A stretch of DNA of 64,000 nt, taken from assembly GCA_013265495.1 (NCBI GenBank), contig MU058531.1:736678-800677 (forward strand), written 5' to 3'. Below the pieces are notes generated by a model. The model was not told the DNA's origin, did no database searches, and saw only the letters and a program-made list of their open reading frames with translations. Of this stretch, positions 12,920-26,251 are shown one piece after another; positions within the stretch are counted from its first letter, which is position 1, and every line of letters begins with the position of its first letter. The DNA comes from Vicugna vicugna. Taxonomy: Eukaryota. Both the position numbers and the translations under genes were made by a program.

Positions 12920-15100
12920 GCTTTTTGGATTATGAAACTTTCAGACATAAAATTTTTAAAATAAAGCACCTATTATTTACCACCTACTTGAGAAATAAAA
13001 TGTGACAATTACTCTTGAAGCCCATGTGTATACTCCCACCATTGTATTCAAATTCCTCTCCCTCACTACAGATAACTATTATTTTGAATTGGGTGTTTAT
13101 CTTTTCTGTGAATGCCTTTATATTATATTATGTGAATATGTATTCCTAAACAATATATGCTATTTTGACACACCGTTAAATTTCATACATATGATGTCAA
13201 AATGGGTGGAATCTTCTGCAACTTGCTTCCTTCACTCTGTAGTGTATTTCTGAGCTATATCCATATTGACAGATAGCTCTAGTTCATTTTCACTGCTGAA
13301 TCATGTTCCACTGTATTAATGTAGTACAATAAATGTATCCATTCTCTCCTTGATGACATTTGTTTCCAAGTCATTGATATTTCAAGAGAGTACTGCCATG
13401 AATATTACTACACCTGTCTCCTGGGTTACATTCAGGTTCATGCCTAGAAGCAGAACTGCTGCCTGGAAGGAGACATGCAAATTCATCTTTGCTAGTTTTT
13501 GTTAAATTGCCCTCCTGAGTGGTTGCTCATTTTTCACTTCTATCTGTATTAAATGAACTCCCATTTCTTCACATTTTGTCGACCCTTGTTATTGGCCAAT
13601 CCAATAGTTGTGAAGTGGTAGCTGAAGTTGTGGTCATTTTCCTAATTATTAGAGAAGTTGAACATCTTTTAATGCATGTGTAAGCCACATTGTTTTCTTC
13701 TTCTGTGAACTTCCAGTTCATAATCTTTGTGAATTTCTCTTTGGATGTTATTTATCCAAAGATTCTAGATACTCACTAATCCTTTGATAAATAGGCTCCA
13801 GTGATTTTTCCCAGTTGGTACTTGGCTTTTTGCTTTATGTATATGTTGTGATACACATAAACTTTTAATTTTTATATAATCAAGTGAATTGATTTCCTTT
13901 TATTTTCCTTTGTTTACTCTGTCTTATTTGAGAAATACTTCCCCAAAGTTAGGATATAATCCTGTATTTTCATTTAAAGCTGTTAAATGTCACTTTCATA
14001 GATTTTGTTTCACCTAGAATTTATTCTTTGTATGGCTTACATTGAGATATAATCATATTTCTATTATTCTAGGGGCTAACCTATCTTCTTAGTGTTAAGA
14101 TGCCCATCCTGTCCCAACTGATTTGCCAAAAGAACTAAGTCATCTATCAATTTTCCATATATGTGTGTTTATTTTGGATCTCTTTATGTTCAGTGGACCA
14201 ATTCCTCTTAACACTCCTGGCCTAAATTATGCTATTTACTGAAGTCCTACTTTCTGGGAAGATAAATTGCCCCACTAATTTCCTTTTCTATAAATTTTCT
14301 TAGCAACTCTTGGCCCTTTTCTTTTTGGCCCATATGTATCTTTTATATCAGGTTGACAGACTTGTTAAGTTTTAAATTTTTTCTTAATTTGGAATTGTAT
14401 GGAATCTATATAATATAATATGTAATTATATATAATATATAATCTTAATCTATAAGATTAATCTTGTTAGAATTAGCATATTATTAATATTAAATCTTAT
14501 TTTCACACTTCATTTTTGAAGATTTATTCATAGGTATGTTATATTTTTGGCTATATATTATACATATAGTATTCAGTTAAATTTTTGTTGTTGGTATATA
14601 GGAAAGCAAATTATTTTGTTCATTGATCTATATTCAGTAAACTTATTGAGTTCTCTTAATTCTAAAAATGTGTATTTTCTTGGTATTTCGATGGAGATAA
14701 TCAACTCCAATTACAAATAACAATAGCGTATCCTTTCGATATTTCTTCTCATTATTTTGTTTCCTTTTTTTTTTACTCTAAGATTCCTATTATAATATTG
14801 AATAGAAGTTGGATAATGAGACATTTCATTTTCATCTAATTTTAAAGAAGAGATTTCTAAATTTTTGCCATTAAATATGGAGTTTCCTGTAAGTTTTTGG
14901 TATCTGCTATTAGTCAAGTTAAGGGAAGTCTTTAAAATTATTTGCATAGTATAAATAGAAAGTATTTTTTTAATTAGTGAAAGAGTGTTGAATTTTATTA
15001 AATATTTGTCTACATTTATCTAGATGAGATTAATTATTTTAATACATTTTCTAAAGCTAAACCCAACTGGCAATCTTGTTAAAAGCCTAGTTTTATCAGA
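12920..15100 (-). mobile_element. Old L1 (L1ME-like) remnant
   Basis: Degenerate antisense L1 3' UTR and ORF2 text throughout. Confidence 0.7.
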
Positions 15101-15101
15101 C

Positions 15102-15626
15102 TGTATTATCAACTACTATTATTGCCCAGTAATGCTACATCAACAAATCACCCTAAAATTCAGTGACTGAGAACAGTAATCATTTACACTCATGGATCAT
15201 TGGTCAGCTGGGATGGATGCAGTGGCAAAGGAAGCTCTGATTCATCAGGAACATCTGCTAACCTAAGTCTGTGTTCATGTCTGCAGGTTAGCGGGGCTGA
15301 GCTAGGCAGCTCTATCAAGTTACCCGTCTGTAAATTAGCCAGCTGGCTCTGCTCCACAGAACTCATCCTCCTGAGACCAGCAGATTAGCCCTTGCATATT
15401 CTTCCCATGAAGATGGCAGAGGGCCAAGATATAACTTTATTGTACAAGCTCATTCCAAGCTCTCACACATCATCTCTACCAAGTTTCCATTGACCCCCAA
15501 AACAGCACATGGTTATACCCTAAGTCAAACAGTTGGAAGTGTACAGAGGAATTGCATACTTACATGCCAAAGGGTATGGGATATGGTAAGAGTGAAGAAT
15601 TTGGGCCAATAATGCACTCTGCCACA
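15102..15626 (-). mobile_element. MaLR LTR (MLT1H/J-like)
   Basis: 'tgtattatcaact...aacaaatcaccctaaaattcagtg...gagtgaagaatttgggccaataatgcactctgccaca'. Confidence 0.65.
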
Positions 15627-16169
15627 ACATTATTATTATTCTTCTAATACACTGCCTGGTTTTGAAAATGCAAAAATCTTATTAAGTACATGATCTTAGA
15701 ATTGTCTTTTAGTGGGTTTGTTTGGAAAAAAGTTCAAATAACACTGTCATTCTCTTTTTGTCTTTTATCATATAAAATATTTACAAATTGGCTAGCACCA
15801 ACATATATCTAGGACATGAATTGCCCCCAGAGATTTCTCAAAGCTGGGAAACTTTACTTATTCCCTAATTCTACTAATTCCTACATTTTTGGAAATTTTT
15901 TTCTATGCTTCAGGAACCAGTTTAGATTGAAAAGTCTCAAGAATTTCTTCAGATATTCAAATAAAAAATGTCACTATAGGTAATATAAGTCAAAATCAGT
16001 CTAAGTTGAATCAGGAAAACAGGGTCTTTTGTTGAATAAGTGGTTTAACATAGGAATTGGGATAAATATGAATGTTGCTAAGGGAAAACTTTTCTTGCCA
16101 GGACATTTCCCACATTTAAGACCTTTTGATTTACCTGATTTATTTCACAAAATGGGCTCAGTCTGAAAA

Positions 16170-16640
16170 CAATACACCATTGACAATAGCAAAAAAGAAT
16201 GTCATGTGAATGGAAATGAACCTAATAATAATGCAGAAAATCTTTCAGAGAAAATGGCTTAATTCCATTAAAGGACATGAAAGAACATTTGAATAAACTG
16301 AGTGATACACCATGTTTATGCATGGACTAATTAATATGGCATCAAGGTCAACTGTCTTCCAAATTAATCTGCAAATTCAACACAACAGCCAAAGAAAGTA
16401 TAGCCGGAGAAATTAAACTCATTCTAAAATGTATATGGAAGAAAAACCAAAGTCAATTTTTAAAAAGAATAGGCAATTAACCCTAAAGACATTAACATAT
16501 ATTCTAAGTCACAGGAATTCGACCAGCAGACTAATGGAACACAATATAAGACTTAGACATTAAGAGCCCTGCTCATAAAAAATTAATTTGATAAAGACAG
16601 TATCATAGAGCAGTGAAAAGAGACAGTAGAAAGCTCTGTG
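16170..16640 (+). mobile_element. Old L1 ORF2 fragment
   Basis: 'atacaccatgtttatgcatgga', 'ccaaattaatctgcaaattcaacaca', 'attctaaaatgtatatggaa'. Confidence 0.65.
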
Positions 16641-16736
16641 AATCTACTGAGTTAAAAGAAAAGAAAAAAAATTTTTTTGGCTCAATTAAGAACTTACCTG
16701 CTTAGTTAATTCCCTGCCATTAAACGGCCTCTAAAA

Positions 16737-17000
16737 TTTTTTTTAAATTGATGTATAGTCAATTTACAATGTTGCATTGATTTCTGGATTTCTGGTGTAC
16801 AGCACAGTGATTCAGTTTTATATATTCCTATTCATATTTTTTCTCTCCTGCTGTTTTTACTTTCCCTTTTTAAAATTTACATTCTTTTTTGTTGAAGTAT
16901 TTTTTTCATTATAGGCTATTACAAGATATTGAATATAGTTCCCTATGCTGTACAGTAGGCCCTTGCTGTTTATCTGTTTTATGTATAGTAGTTAGTATCT
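16737..17000 (-). mobile_element. Younger L1 3' end (artiodactyl/camelid type)
   Basis: Poly(T), then 'aattgatgtatagtcaatttacaatgttg...gatattgaatatagttccctatgctgtacagtagg'. Confidence 0.8.
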
Positions 17001-17169
17001 AGGCTCTTGCCCAACTACTGTTTCAGAAAGTGCCTATTTTGGCGATACACCCAAGGTTCACTATACCCTCACCTGGAGAAACAGATTTACCTGACAAAAG
17101 TAATTCACGAAAGCACCAGACTATAACCTAAGTATGGCACAGGGTCATAGAGCTAAAGGGAAATGGAGA

Positions 17170-18700
17170 AATAAAAAGGATTTCCTAAAGAATACTACAA
17201 AATAACGGACAGATAAAGGACTGGGAGACGATATTTGCAACCTTTATAAGTAATAAGAAAATAACACTTAGATTCTAAAAAAGATCTCTTGACAGTAAAA
17301 AAAAAAAAAAGACATATACAGCAGAAAACTAGAGGCAGATAACACAGCAAGTCCAAGAAACATACTCAAAGTAACAAATAATAGGGAAATATGCTACTTT
17401 TTCTAAAATATTAACGTACATCCATCAGAATGCAAGAATTAGGAAGATAGGTAATATCCAATGCTGGCAAGTTGAGGACCTGAACACTCATGCACTGCAA
17501 ATAAGAATAATAATCATTAACTGATCCACCCATGCCAGAAAGCAGCATGGAACTGTCCAGTGTTTGTATGCTTCGTGACTCCGTGACACTGTCCCAGAGA
17601 TCTGTACTCCAGGGAAGCTCTCTCAGAGAACCTTAGGGGTATTGTGTTCAAGCATGGTCATCGTGACATTGTTTATAACGATAGGAAGAGGAGGTCTGCT
17701 CCACGCAGATTTCTAGTATGAAGTGTGTAAAATGGGGTAGTTGTATAGCATGGAATTCTGAAACTCTAAGAAGCAACACACCAGACGCACAAACAGTAAC
17801 ACTGACCAACCTTTAACACATTGTAAGAAATGAGCCAACCCTTAGAGTGGAATTTATAGAGCAATACTATCCAAACAGGCAGGTAGGTAGATATGAGCAG
17901 ATAAAAGGGTACACAGACGAACTGGCAGGAATTGGGCCGAAAGGACGTACACGGGCCAAATACAGGAAACCATACATCATGTAAGCACCAGGGGTCCCTG
18001 GGCAGAGAAGGAAAAGCAGGAACCTCTGGGCTGATAAGCGGTCACACCTTTTGGGGTGATGAGCAGCCTAGAGGCCGACAAAAAAAAAAAAAGGTGGAAA
18101 AAGACAGGACTCTCCAGTGATCAAATGTAACCTTTTGTTCATTATGCCCTTATTACAATAAAATTAGCTTGCAGATTAGACGTATCCATCATGCACCAAT
18201 GCCATGACACTTCGGAGCCAGACTAAATAAGGACAAAACTCCCTCCTCCCTTCAGGAAGGTAGATTTGGGATGAAAATCAAGCAATACAACCCCAAACCC
18301 CCTCATTCCCCATTGAACATTCTGCCCATTCATTTTTACAATCTATGTAACCAACTTGCCAAAAAACTCAGGGCAGCTGCTCACCTGAGCCTGCTCACTC
18401 TCCTCTTGAGAGTGTACAATCTATTCCTTAATAAATCCTAACTTTACTTTTAATAAAACCTCTGCATCTTGTCTCTGAATTTTTTCTCGGATGGGACAAG
18501 GACCTGGACACCGGTTACATCTACCAGCAACAATACAATTTATGTAAAGTAAAAATAAACACACAAATCAAAACCATGTATTTTATAAGGACACGCGTAT
18601 TTAAATATATATAGAAATAAACAGTTAAAAATAAATACATAGTTAAGAATATAAAGCAAATCTATTATGAGGGAAAATTTAAATACATAAAAGTAAAGCC
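17170..18700 (+). mobile_element. Old L1 (L1ME/MC) 3' region interrupted by a solo LTR
   Basis: L1 3' text on both sides of 17868-18532 that rejoins as 'agagcaatac|aatttatgtaaa'. Confidence 0.6.
17868..18532 (+). mobile_element. ERV1-class solo LTR, copy A of a family shared with 62118-62770
   Basis: Ends ...CAGCAACA, has AATAAA near its 3' end and a 4-bp TSD ATAC (17864-17867 / 18533-18536). Homologous end to end with 62118-62770. Confidence 0.9.
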
Positions 18701-19389
18701 TGGTGTGAGTCAATTATGATCCTGTAATATTTACTTAGGAGTCAAGCTCCACTCTCTGCCTGAGTTGCACTAGTTAAAAGAAAAAGTGCAGTTAGTCCTT
18801 AACCCTGAGGGCTCTCCGGAATATACCACACAAGGACAAACATCTTCTGGTACAAAGTTAGAAACTAGAATGAAAGAGGCTGAATCTACTCTAATAAACT
18901 TTTTGGCTTTTGCATGATTTATTTACAACAGACCGAGATTTTAGAGAATTAATTCCCCCCATATTCAAGGTTTTAGGCTGTTTTAATCCAGTCACAGTAC
19001 TCTGCAACAGGGCACAGGCAAAGACGGTTTTGCTAATCCAAGCTCGTGGAACAACATTGCTCAGCAGAGTTCAGTGAAGATTGTCCCACCTGAGATACAC
19101 CACGCTTGTGCATCCCCATATGAATGAAGCTAATTAGTAAGATATATCTGATAGGTGCCTTTTTTCATTCTCATGTTTGGTCACATCCTGATACTATTTT
19201 AAATTTTCCAGCTATTGTACCCCTTAGCTGACAAAATGACCGCTAAGACCTGAATGCTGCAATTAGTCAATGGTGTCATCTTAAAGAAATTCATTATTAA
19301 CTTCTCCCTATTAATCCCTCTTTCTCAACTTCTGATAGGGAAAACACAGGCAGGAAAAGGGCAGAGACAGGGTTCCTTCAATAAATAAC

Positions 19390-19860
19390 CACTATTCACT
19401 CTAAAAGAATATGGGTCCACCCAGAGAAAGAGAATCATGAGTCCTATTCTATTATTCACCAGTCAGAAGACACCTGGAAGAACTTTGTTTGGTTCTAGAA
19501 GTCAATTTTTAAGAAAGAGTACATATACAAACTGATTCCTATACAAGAAGAATGAACATGATCGTTTAAAGTCTGGAAATCACATCAAATCAGGAGCTAA
19601 GGGTGTTGGTACCAGAGAAGAAAAATTCTAATATTTGAAGGAAAGAACTTAAAATGCAAGACCCTATCAGGGTCTCCAGAGTTTTGCCAAGCTTGTAAAT
19701 CTCTCATGTCCTTAAACGGCAACTGGTTTGTTTCAGTCTGTAGGATAGAGTGTAAGGAAGATTTAAGTATCAGATTAGATGTTGCACTAAGTCACAACGT
19801 ATCAGATAAGATGTTGCACTAAGTGACAACATATGAACCCTTCCAGCCCTGACTTCCAAC
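19390..19860 (+). mobile_element. L3/CR1 remnant
   Basis: 'agtcagaagacacctggaagaactttgtttggttctag...aagtctggaaatcac' and 'aacccttccagccctgac' resemble L3. Confidence 0.5.
19767..19830. repeat. 32-bp tandem duplication (2 mismatches)
   Basis: gtatcagattagatgttgcactaagtcacaac / gtatcagataagatgttgcactaagtgacaac. Confidence 0.95.
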
Positions 19861-21629
19861 CATCTGTGAGAATACTTTCACTCTGTAAAAGGAAATGAAG
19901 ATGTTCTCTTCATAAATGGCATATGCACTGGATTTTCAAATCATCATGTTTTCTTGGCTCCAGACAGAATGAGATAAGCGCTTTCCACGTTATTCGAGAT
20001 CACTTTATTGCTAGCTTGACTCTTTTGGACCTGTATGACTGAGACTTTAATATCTGCAAAAATCCAAGAACACAATCTTTAAATGAGTCACTTTTCCATG
20101 AGAGAGGCTGCCGACAAAGTTCCCAATCAGAAGTGGTATTTTCAAGGCAGAGACTATAGTTGAAACAATTAGAGTGTATTTCTGAAATTGTCTGTTTTCC
20201 CTTCCCCCTCCCCCAAAACTACCTGAGGGACTGTTTACAGTGCATAGAGACTGAAGCTTAAGTGCATTTGTATCAAAAGCATGAAGGCTTCTCTAAGCCT
20301 GATGGAAAAGCCATGCTATAAATTTAGCTAGTTTATTCAGTAGCACCATCAAGATGGAAAACATGAGATTTATGTTAGTGAAAAAACCACAGAGAGCTAA
20401 GAGAAGCACTGTTTCTAGACCTCTGTCAAGAAGACATCACTCTGGAAAGCAAAGCTGCTATGCACAGCCATGTCCAAAGACAGATGCTCTGGGGCAATTT
20501 TCAAACCAGGAGGGAGAGCTGGGCCCAGGCACTGTTAACTCAAAGCCCAGTGGGATCCATGGGTCTAGCCTGCATGGTCTTCCTATCTGTGCCAAGCCAT
20601 TTTCAGGGACCAGCTTTTAATCTGGCATCTCTCTAAATGTATTTCATTCACTGTCAGGATTCAAAGTATTCAATTTGTCAGCTTTTATGGGCAACCAACC
20701 AAGGAGACAGCTGCTAGCTTCATGTGTGCCAGGCAACAATTCAGTAGAAATGATCTCCATCAGTTTGCTAGAAGAACATCCTTATTTCCAAAATAAATAA
20801 GTATTTTTGAAACACAGAAAATGGTAGGACTTTATCTAGGCATTCATCTGTGGGAAGATGTAAGCCAATGGGAACAGAGATCCCCATTCAGGTATTACCT
20901 AAGCAAGAAATCTTTCTCTTTTTTCCCTTGGTTGCATTAACGTATCTGGTTTCCTTCAGGGCTGTCACCACTGGCTAGGGGACATTTTTGGAATTTGTAG
21001 GGGAGTGGGTTTCTTCCTATTGTCACGGCGTTTGAGGAGCCTTCCCAGTGCTTATTAGCTGGGGTCTGCAAAGAGCTGGACAGTCTCATAGATAGAATTG
21101 TAGTCTGTGCAACTTTTGAATGTACCATAGGACTTTCTTTTGTGGATGGAAATTTGTTAATAATCCAAGCTGAGAACCTAACTGCACTTTCCACACAAAC
21201 ACAAAGTACATTCTGCATAGTTATAATATACGTTGAAATTTCCAAGAATTCAAAAACCATGAAAACAAAAATGAGAGTACTTAGTTTTGTTCAGAAACTT
21301 GTAAGTCTCCACGTCATAGATAGCAACCCTCTTCCTGGGATGAATTCCCAACTGTCATATTCAGAATGATTCTCTCTCTGATTGTAAGCATCTGACTACT
21401 TCACTTACGCACCGTAACACAAGTTATTTAAAATGATTTCTCCTTAGATGACAGTAAAGGCATTATATAGGTTATTTTTGGATACGATTCTTTTGTCAGA
21501 TAGATTGCAAATATTTTCTCTTAGTTCATGGCTTATCTTTTCATTTTCTTAACAGCTCCTTTTGGAGAACAGATTTTAATCTTCATAAGACTAATTTCTA
21601 TTTTTAAAATTTAGCGTTTGGGGTATTGT

Positions 21630-21860
21630 CATGTTTATTATGTCTCTCCTCACTGTTACACATCAGAATAGAAAATCCATGAAGAAAGTGACTGTTATAT
21701 TTTGTTCATTGCTCTGTACTAAGTGCTCAAAACTGTACCCAGCATGTAGACATTCAATAAATATTTACTGACTTAATTAAATGAGATAACACATCTTAAA
21801 GGTAGTTAGCACAGCTCCAACACTCAAAAAACTCTCAATAAATATCAATGATTATAATCT
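21630..21860 (+). mobile_element. L2 3' end followed by MIR 3' end
   Basis: 'ttttgttcattgct...cattcaataaatatttactg' then 'ttaaatgagataacaca...ctcaataaat'. Confidence 0.6.
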
Positions 21861-22445
21861 TAACATTTACATCTGTGTTCAGCCTCCCAGCTTTCCAAGG
21901 GCATCAAACCATGTTCTAAGTCCTGGAAGAAGTAAGGAAATTGTTTTCCCTCTTTATCGCTGACATTAGCACTGCTTGTGTCTAGTTGGGCAGAAATGCC
22001 ATACAGCTTTGCAATTCCACAGGCTACAAACTAGCTGTACCTGCCCAGACTTCTGCCCACCCAAGGACACACCTGGAGATAAGAAACATGATGTCCTTCT
22101 CCTATTCCTCCTGTCTTGGGGGAAAAAGCCAAGTTCAAATCCCATCAGCACCTCTAAAGTCCTTTCTAACTACTCATTTATTTCTCCAACGCCCATTAGC
22201 TCTAGGACCCTCCCACACCCATGTTACAGTCTGGTGCTTTCCGTGAGTTACTTTTGTCAGCTCAGTCTGTTTCTCCAAGTGGAGCCACAGAAAACCCAGG
22301 ATGCACGTCCAAAATAGGCACTTCCTGAAGCAATAGCAGAGAAACAGCTTAAAAAAGGCTTTTAATGGCAGAAAATTAACTAAGTAGGTAGGTTCTTAAT
22401 TGAGCCCCCAATTTTTTTTAACCCAATGGATTCACATAGCTTTCT

Positions 22446-22591
22446 CTTTTGGGGGGGAATGGGGGAGAGGGGAAGTAATTAGGTTATTTGTTTGTTTGTT
22501 TGTTTGTTTTAATGGAGGGACTGGGGCTTGAACCCAGGACCTTGTGTATGGTAAGCAGGTACTCTACCACTGAGCTATACCCTTCCCCCAC
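22446..22591 (-). mobile_element. tRNA-Ala-derived SINE (camelid vic-1 type)
   Basis: Minus strand reads gggtatagctcagtggtagag...gtcctgggttcaagccccagtccctcca (A and B boxes), then (AAAC)n and 'cctaattacttccc'. 13-bp TSD CACATAGCTTTCT at 22433-22445 and 22592-22604. Confidence 0.9.
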
Positions 22592-24068
22592 CACATAGCT
22601 TTCTAGTATTAATTTCCCTTTATAAGTTACCTACTCTGTTAAAATTGTGAACAAGACCAAACTATACATATTCCTTTATACAAATCTTCCTAAATCAAAA
22701 TCTAAGTACATAAATTATTTTCAGACACCTGTGTTCCCTCCAGAACTCAGAACTATGGAAAGTTAAATTTACTATTAATGAAATCAGTGTGAAGACCTCA
22801 TAGACCATGGTATGCTTTGTGTGTCCACATTTCTACAATTCCAGAACTATAGCATGTTAGATTCAGAGATAATCCACTCTACATTTTGCATAGGAGGGAT
22901 CCAAGACTGACCAGTGTCACAGAGCTAGCTCGCAGCAAAGTGGAAGCTAGAAACTGCAACTTTGACTTCTTGTCTGCAATGCTCACTCAACACCTTCCAC
23001 CCACACAAGCCTCAGATACTGGCCTCATTGTGAGTCTTGAATACTGAGTACTATAATTGCACAAGGCTGTCTGAGTTAATATAGGTTGCAATGATCTAAG
23101 CAATTCAGTTCAACTTGTTCAAAGAGCTGCAATGAATTCCCACTCTAGACAAGATCAGAGAGAGAGAACCACAGACAAGCGAGCACTTTTTGGATTTAGC
23201 AGAAAGTTCTTCAGAAATCTAAAGATGTGTGACATCGCTTAGAACATTACTAGCTACAGCAAAGGAATTGTCCTCTTTTGATTATGTAGGAGAGCACGAG
23301 CTAACCCACCTCCTATCCGTGATGATAAAGCACCTCTTCAGATAAAGGGAGAATGGTACTTTGTACCAGATTCATTTTACAAATAAGTACAAATAAGTCC
23401 ATGGGACCTGATGTAAAATTCTTATTATATTACTCTGATGGCTCTTGATACAGAAGTATTTTGTTATAAAACTGTTACCTCATATTATACTGCTCCTTTA
23501 TAACAGAGAGATACCTAGTATCTAATAACGCCTTGAATAGGCCTTGAGATTTTAGTCAGCAAGATCATCATCCAGAATCTATACACAAGCAATAACTTCA
23601 CATGTCTCCCACAAGAGCTCTTACGGACAGCCTCTTCTCTTCCTGAGTTTTAAGAAGCAGGACAAGAATGACTTTCCTAGCCCAGGGGAAACTGAATGCC
23701 AAGCAGTAATTCAGGGCCACAGCACAACTGAGTTTCAGTAGCACAAATAATTATTATCAAGTTTCAAGTGGGAATGAATATTTTTCTTCTATATAATTCT
23801 GTAAGCTCAGGCTTCTGGCAGTTTTAGTTACCCATAAAAATTATTACTTAGGAGGTTGAAAATAATTGGAAGATTATTCTTGTATGTGGTTAAGACAAGC
23901 AAGTTTATGTGTTAAGGGAAAACATCAAGAACGAATGCAGTGAACACATTGTGCAGGTATGGTTCTAAGTTATATTTGGGGATCCAAAGAGGGATAAAAC
24001 ACAGTTCTTGCTCCCAAGGAATTCAAACACAGTTGAGGGACATTGGAATGTAGGTAACAAGTGCTTTA

Positions 24069-24397
24069 CAAAAACAAACAAACAAACAAACAAAAACAAA
24101 GCGTAAATACAGGACAGAAATAGACACATAGACAAAGAATACAGACTTGTAGTTGCCAGGGGGGTGGGGGGAGAGAAGGGATAGACTGAGATTTCAAAAT
24201 TGTAGAATAGATAAACAAGATTACACTGTATAGCACAGGGAAATATACACAAAATGTTATAACAACTCACAGAGAAAAAAATGTGACAATGAGTGTGTAT
24301 ATGTCCATGAATGACTGAAAAATTGTGCTGAACACTGGAATTTGACACAACATTGTAAAGTGATTATAAATCAATAAAAAATGTTAAAAAAAAAAAC
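24069..24397 (+). mobile_element. Young 5'-truncated L1 3' end with poly(A) and TSD
   Basis: L1 3' UTR, AATAAA and poly(A). 12-bp TSD ACAAGTGCTTTA at 24057-24068 and 24398-24409. Homologous to 40830-41118. Confidence 0.9.
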
Positions 24398-24427
24398 ACA
24401 AGTGCTTTAATCTAGTGGGGAAAGCTG

Positions 24428-24645
24428 AGGGTCTGTAGTCATACAGATCTGGGACTGAATGCAACATCGCCACTTCACTGGGAAACCGTGATCAAGTTAC
24501 TTAACCTCTCAAAGGCTTTAATTTTCTCACTGATAAATCAGGATGCCTCCCTGCTGAGGCACTGTGAGGATTAAGGAAGACAATGCATGGAAAGGGTTTA
24601 GCACATCTCCAGGTACCAGCATGCAAGATTATCACTATTATTGTT
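24428..24645 (+). mobile_element. MIR SINE
   Basis: 'caagttacttaacctctc...tgtgaggattaa...ttagcaca'. Confidence 0.75.
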
Positions 24646-25049
24646 ACGTAAGGTGGAAATAAACGCGAATAGAAACACAAGCAATGTCCCACAAAAGCCA
24701 TTCATTCTGCCTGGTGCTCAGACCTCCGCTCTGAGCTACACATTCCCTCTATAAAGCAGTACAAAGAGAATGTGTTTCCTAAGACATGTCTAGGACATTT
24801 TCAGAGCAACAATCATGAGGTTATTACTACTCCTGATCAATGTGCAAGGAGTAAACTTTCGTCTGAAACTGCCATGTCAGTGACTGAAGAGAAAGATAAA
24901 TCTATTACCTACACTCTTAAAAAAAAAATGCCCAAGGAAAGTAAATCACAAGGAAACACCTGGGGAAGGTGAGCTGTGTCCTACTCCGTCTTTTTGATCT
25001 CCTCTATAGCTCTATCTTCTTGAACTACGGTGTTAAGAGTTTTTGAAAT

Positions 25050-25490
25050 ATAAACTTTATTTTTAAAGTTTTATATTCACAGAAAAATTGCAAAGATAGA
25101 GTTCCTATATACCCCACACCTAGTTTCCCCTAACACTGACATCTTACATTAGTATAATCTTGTAATCTGTGTATCTGAAGAAACTGGATGGACCCCCACC
25201 CAAAATCTGATTTGGATATCAACACCAATGATGTCACACACACACATACACACACACCCCCAATAGGTTAAAAAAATCTATTACTATTATATAGTGGGGC
25301 TTTTTGAGGAGAACAGGAAATGCCTTCTAGTCTCAGAATTAGTGATTTCTCCAAGGATTCCTGGTTCCTTTTACTGGAAAGTTAAATTAGAAGCCGAGAT
25401 CTGGGCACTAGGAGTGTTCATTGTTGCTTCTAGGCCCTTCCAGAAGACAGAGCAAAACAATATACTATGTGCCCTAATCCATATGTGGAT
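25050..25490 (-). mobile_element. L1MC-like 3' fragments with an internal ERVL-type LTR fragment (~25165-25330)
   Basis: 'agaaaaattgcaaagatagagttcctatataccc' and 'atttctccaaggattcctggttcctttt' (L1MC); 'aatctgatttggatatc...gatgtcacacacac' (LTR-like). Confidence 0.55.
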
Positions 25491-25563
25491 ATCAAAGAAT
25501 TTTTCAGAAGCAGAAGCCATACTAAAAGCCAAGAACATATTGAAAATGTTCATGGCTCTTATG

Positions 25564-25740
25564 CAGAGTTTCAATCTCCGTACTATTAACAGTTTGGGCT
25601 GGATAAGTGTTGTGGGGGCTGGAATGTGCATTGTACAAGGTTTAGCAGCATCCTTGGCCTCTATTCACCAGATGACAAATAGCACACTCCTTCACCAGTT
25701 ACGACAACCAAAAGTGTCTCCCAACATTGTCAAATGTAAG
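25564..25740. mobile_element. MER20 (hAT-Charlie) DNA transposon
   Basis: 'tttgggctggataa...tttagcagcatccttggcctctattcaccagatg...gacaaccaaaagtgtctcccaacattgtcaaatgt'. Confidence 0.8.
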
Positions 25741-26114
25741 CCACAACTTCAGTCCAAATGCTGAAGACTCTGGTTTCTAGATATTAACTGGAAAGTTAAA
25801 GACATCTTACCTTTTGAAAGTTATTTTTCAATTAAGATCTAAACTAAAAGAAGAGACCATTAAACACTAGATCAAACTACATCAAGAGATTCTCCCTCCT
25901 CTCTTCTTGTATATGCTTTTTAAAATTTATCAACTACTTTGCAAAATTCCTTTTCTCTTTAGCTTTTATTTGCATTTAATAAAATTATATGTCTGTTTTT
26001 AAATAGTTTCTTAACTTTGCTAATAATTTGCTGGCAACCATATTCTGATGTTTGACCCACCACTTTCTTGTCAAGAGGTGGGTTGGCTGTCAGTGGAAGA
26101 TATCCTGGGGTCCC

Positions 26115-26251
26115 AACAGAAACCAAATCTGCCAACAGGTTGATCTTGATCTTGGACTTCCCAGCCTCCAGAACTATGAGGAATCAATTTCTGTTGTTTA
26201 AGCCACCCAGTCTGTGGCATTTGGTTATGGCAGCCCCAGGAGACTAATGCA
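26115..26251 (+). mobile_element. MLT1 LTR 3' end
   Basis: 'ttgatcttggacttcccagcctccagaactatgagg...tttaagccacccagtctgtggcatttggttatggcagcc'. Confidence 0.85.

Noticed and set aside
22512..22585. tRNA-Ala gene
   Set aside because: Mutated anticodon arm, SINE tail and TSD mark it as a SINE.
25294..25764. Longest ORF (156 aa)
   Set aside because: Non-ATG start; it spans an LTR fragment, antisense L1MC and MER20, with no recognisable domain.
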